Shown here in pieces: positions 63,410 to 64,000 of a DNA stretch of 64,000 bases. This DNA is from the human T2T-CHM13v2.0 reference genome, Homo sapiens: the NCBI RefSeq assembly GCF_009914755.1, contig NC_060926.1; one strand, given 5' to 3'. Within the stretch, counting starts at the first letter, position 1; every line of letters begins with the position of its first letter. The notes under the pieces are model-generated. The model saw only the letters and a list, made by a program, of their open reading frames with translations, was not told the origin of the DNA and did no database searches. Both the position numbers and the translations under genes were made by a program.

Positions 63410-64000
63410 CAAGAAGATTTTTTTAACTACAATGTTTGCTTTATGTTTTGTTTTGCTTTTCAGTATACACTTCACTCCCTGCCATCCATCTAACTCCTTT
63501 ATTTTATTACTAATGTCTCTTATGAAACTTTTGGAGATAAAGGCTTTAGGAAAAGAAACTTAAATCCCTAGCGGAAAAAAACAGGTAAATGAACAGAAAA
63601 GACCTAAGTAAAAACAGTGCTGGTGAGAACTGTAGAATCGGTCTCCACTGGAAATGGCTCAGGGCCCCGTGGTTCAGAGCCACAAATGTGGAGCCAAGAT
63701 TAGAAACACAGATTAAGTTAGCAATACTGGAGCTAACTGGTATAAGAGACTCAAAACATATAAAGGATTTTGTTTCAGGCTCTTCTAATTGGAGTGACTT
63801 GTTAAGGGAATGAAATGGATCTGATTAATTCCAACTATTACATAAGGGATCAATTTTTAAAGGCAGGAGATAGTTTGAACTCCTAATTTAGAATGAAAAA
63901 AGTTTCAGTGAGAGAAGACAAGATTCTTTCTTGGTCTAAGAGTTACGGCAACTAAAAGAGAAAAGAGAATTGTAGAAATTATTTCAGAAACTGGGGGGTG

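Overview
Hominid genomic DNA (human or a close great ape: it carries an SVA and an AluYe5-type element). The right third (~40.5-62.5 kb) holds the last nine coding exons and the long 3' UTR of TRIP12, a HECT E3 ubiquitin ligase, on the minus strand. All splice junctions are GT-AG and splice into one 1,209-nt frame (402 aa + TGA) containing the HECT catalytic motif [16 protein letters not shown]. The left ~40 kb is repeat-dense intergenic DNA: many Alus, a full-length SVA with a perfect 15-bp TSD, a truncated L1PA, old L1M/L2/L3/MIR fragments, ERV1 and MaLR solo LTRs, and MITEs. From recalled human synteny (not visible here) this is the TRIP12-DNER interval on 2q36.3. Almost all ORFs in the supplied track are repeat-derived and non-genic. 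I found no convincing new biological system. The most notable oddities are a solo LTR whose 5' terminal 79 bp is quadruplicated, an Alu and an SVA inserted at the same nick position on opposite strands, a tail-to-tail Alu pair 10 bp apart, a local L1 duplication, two trimeric Alus, a CTCF site with its upstream module, and a candidate poison exon in TRIP12. Repeat subfamily names come from recalled consensus sequences and need RepeatMasker confirmation.
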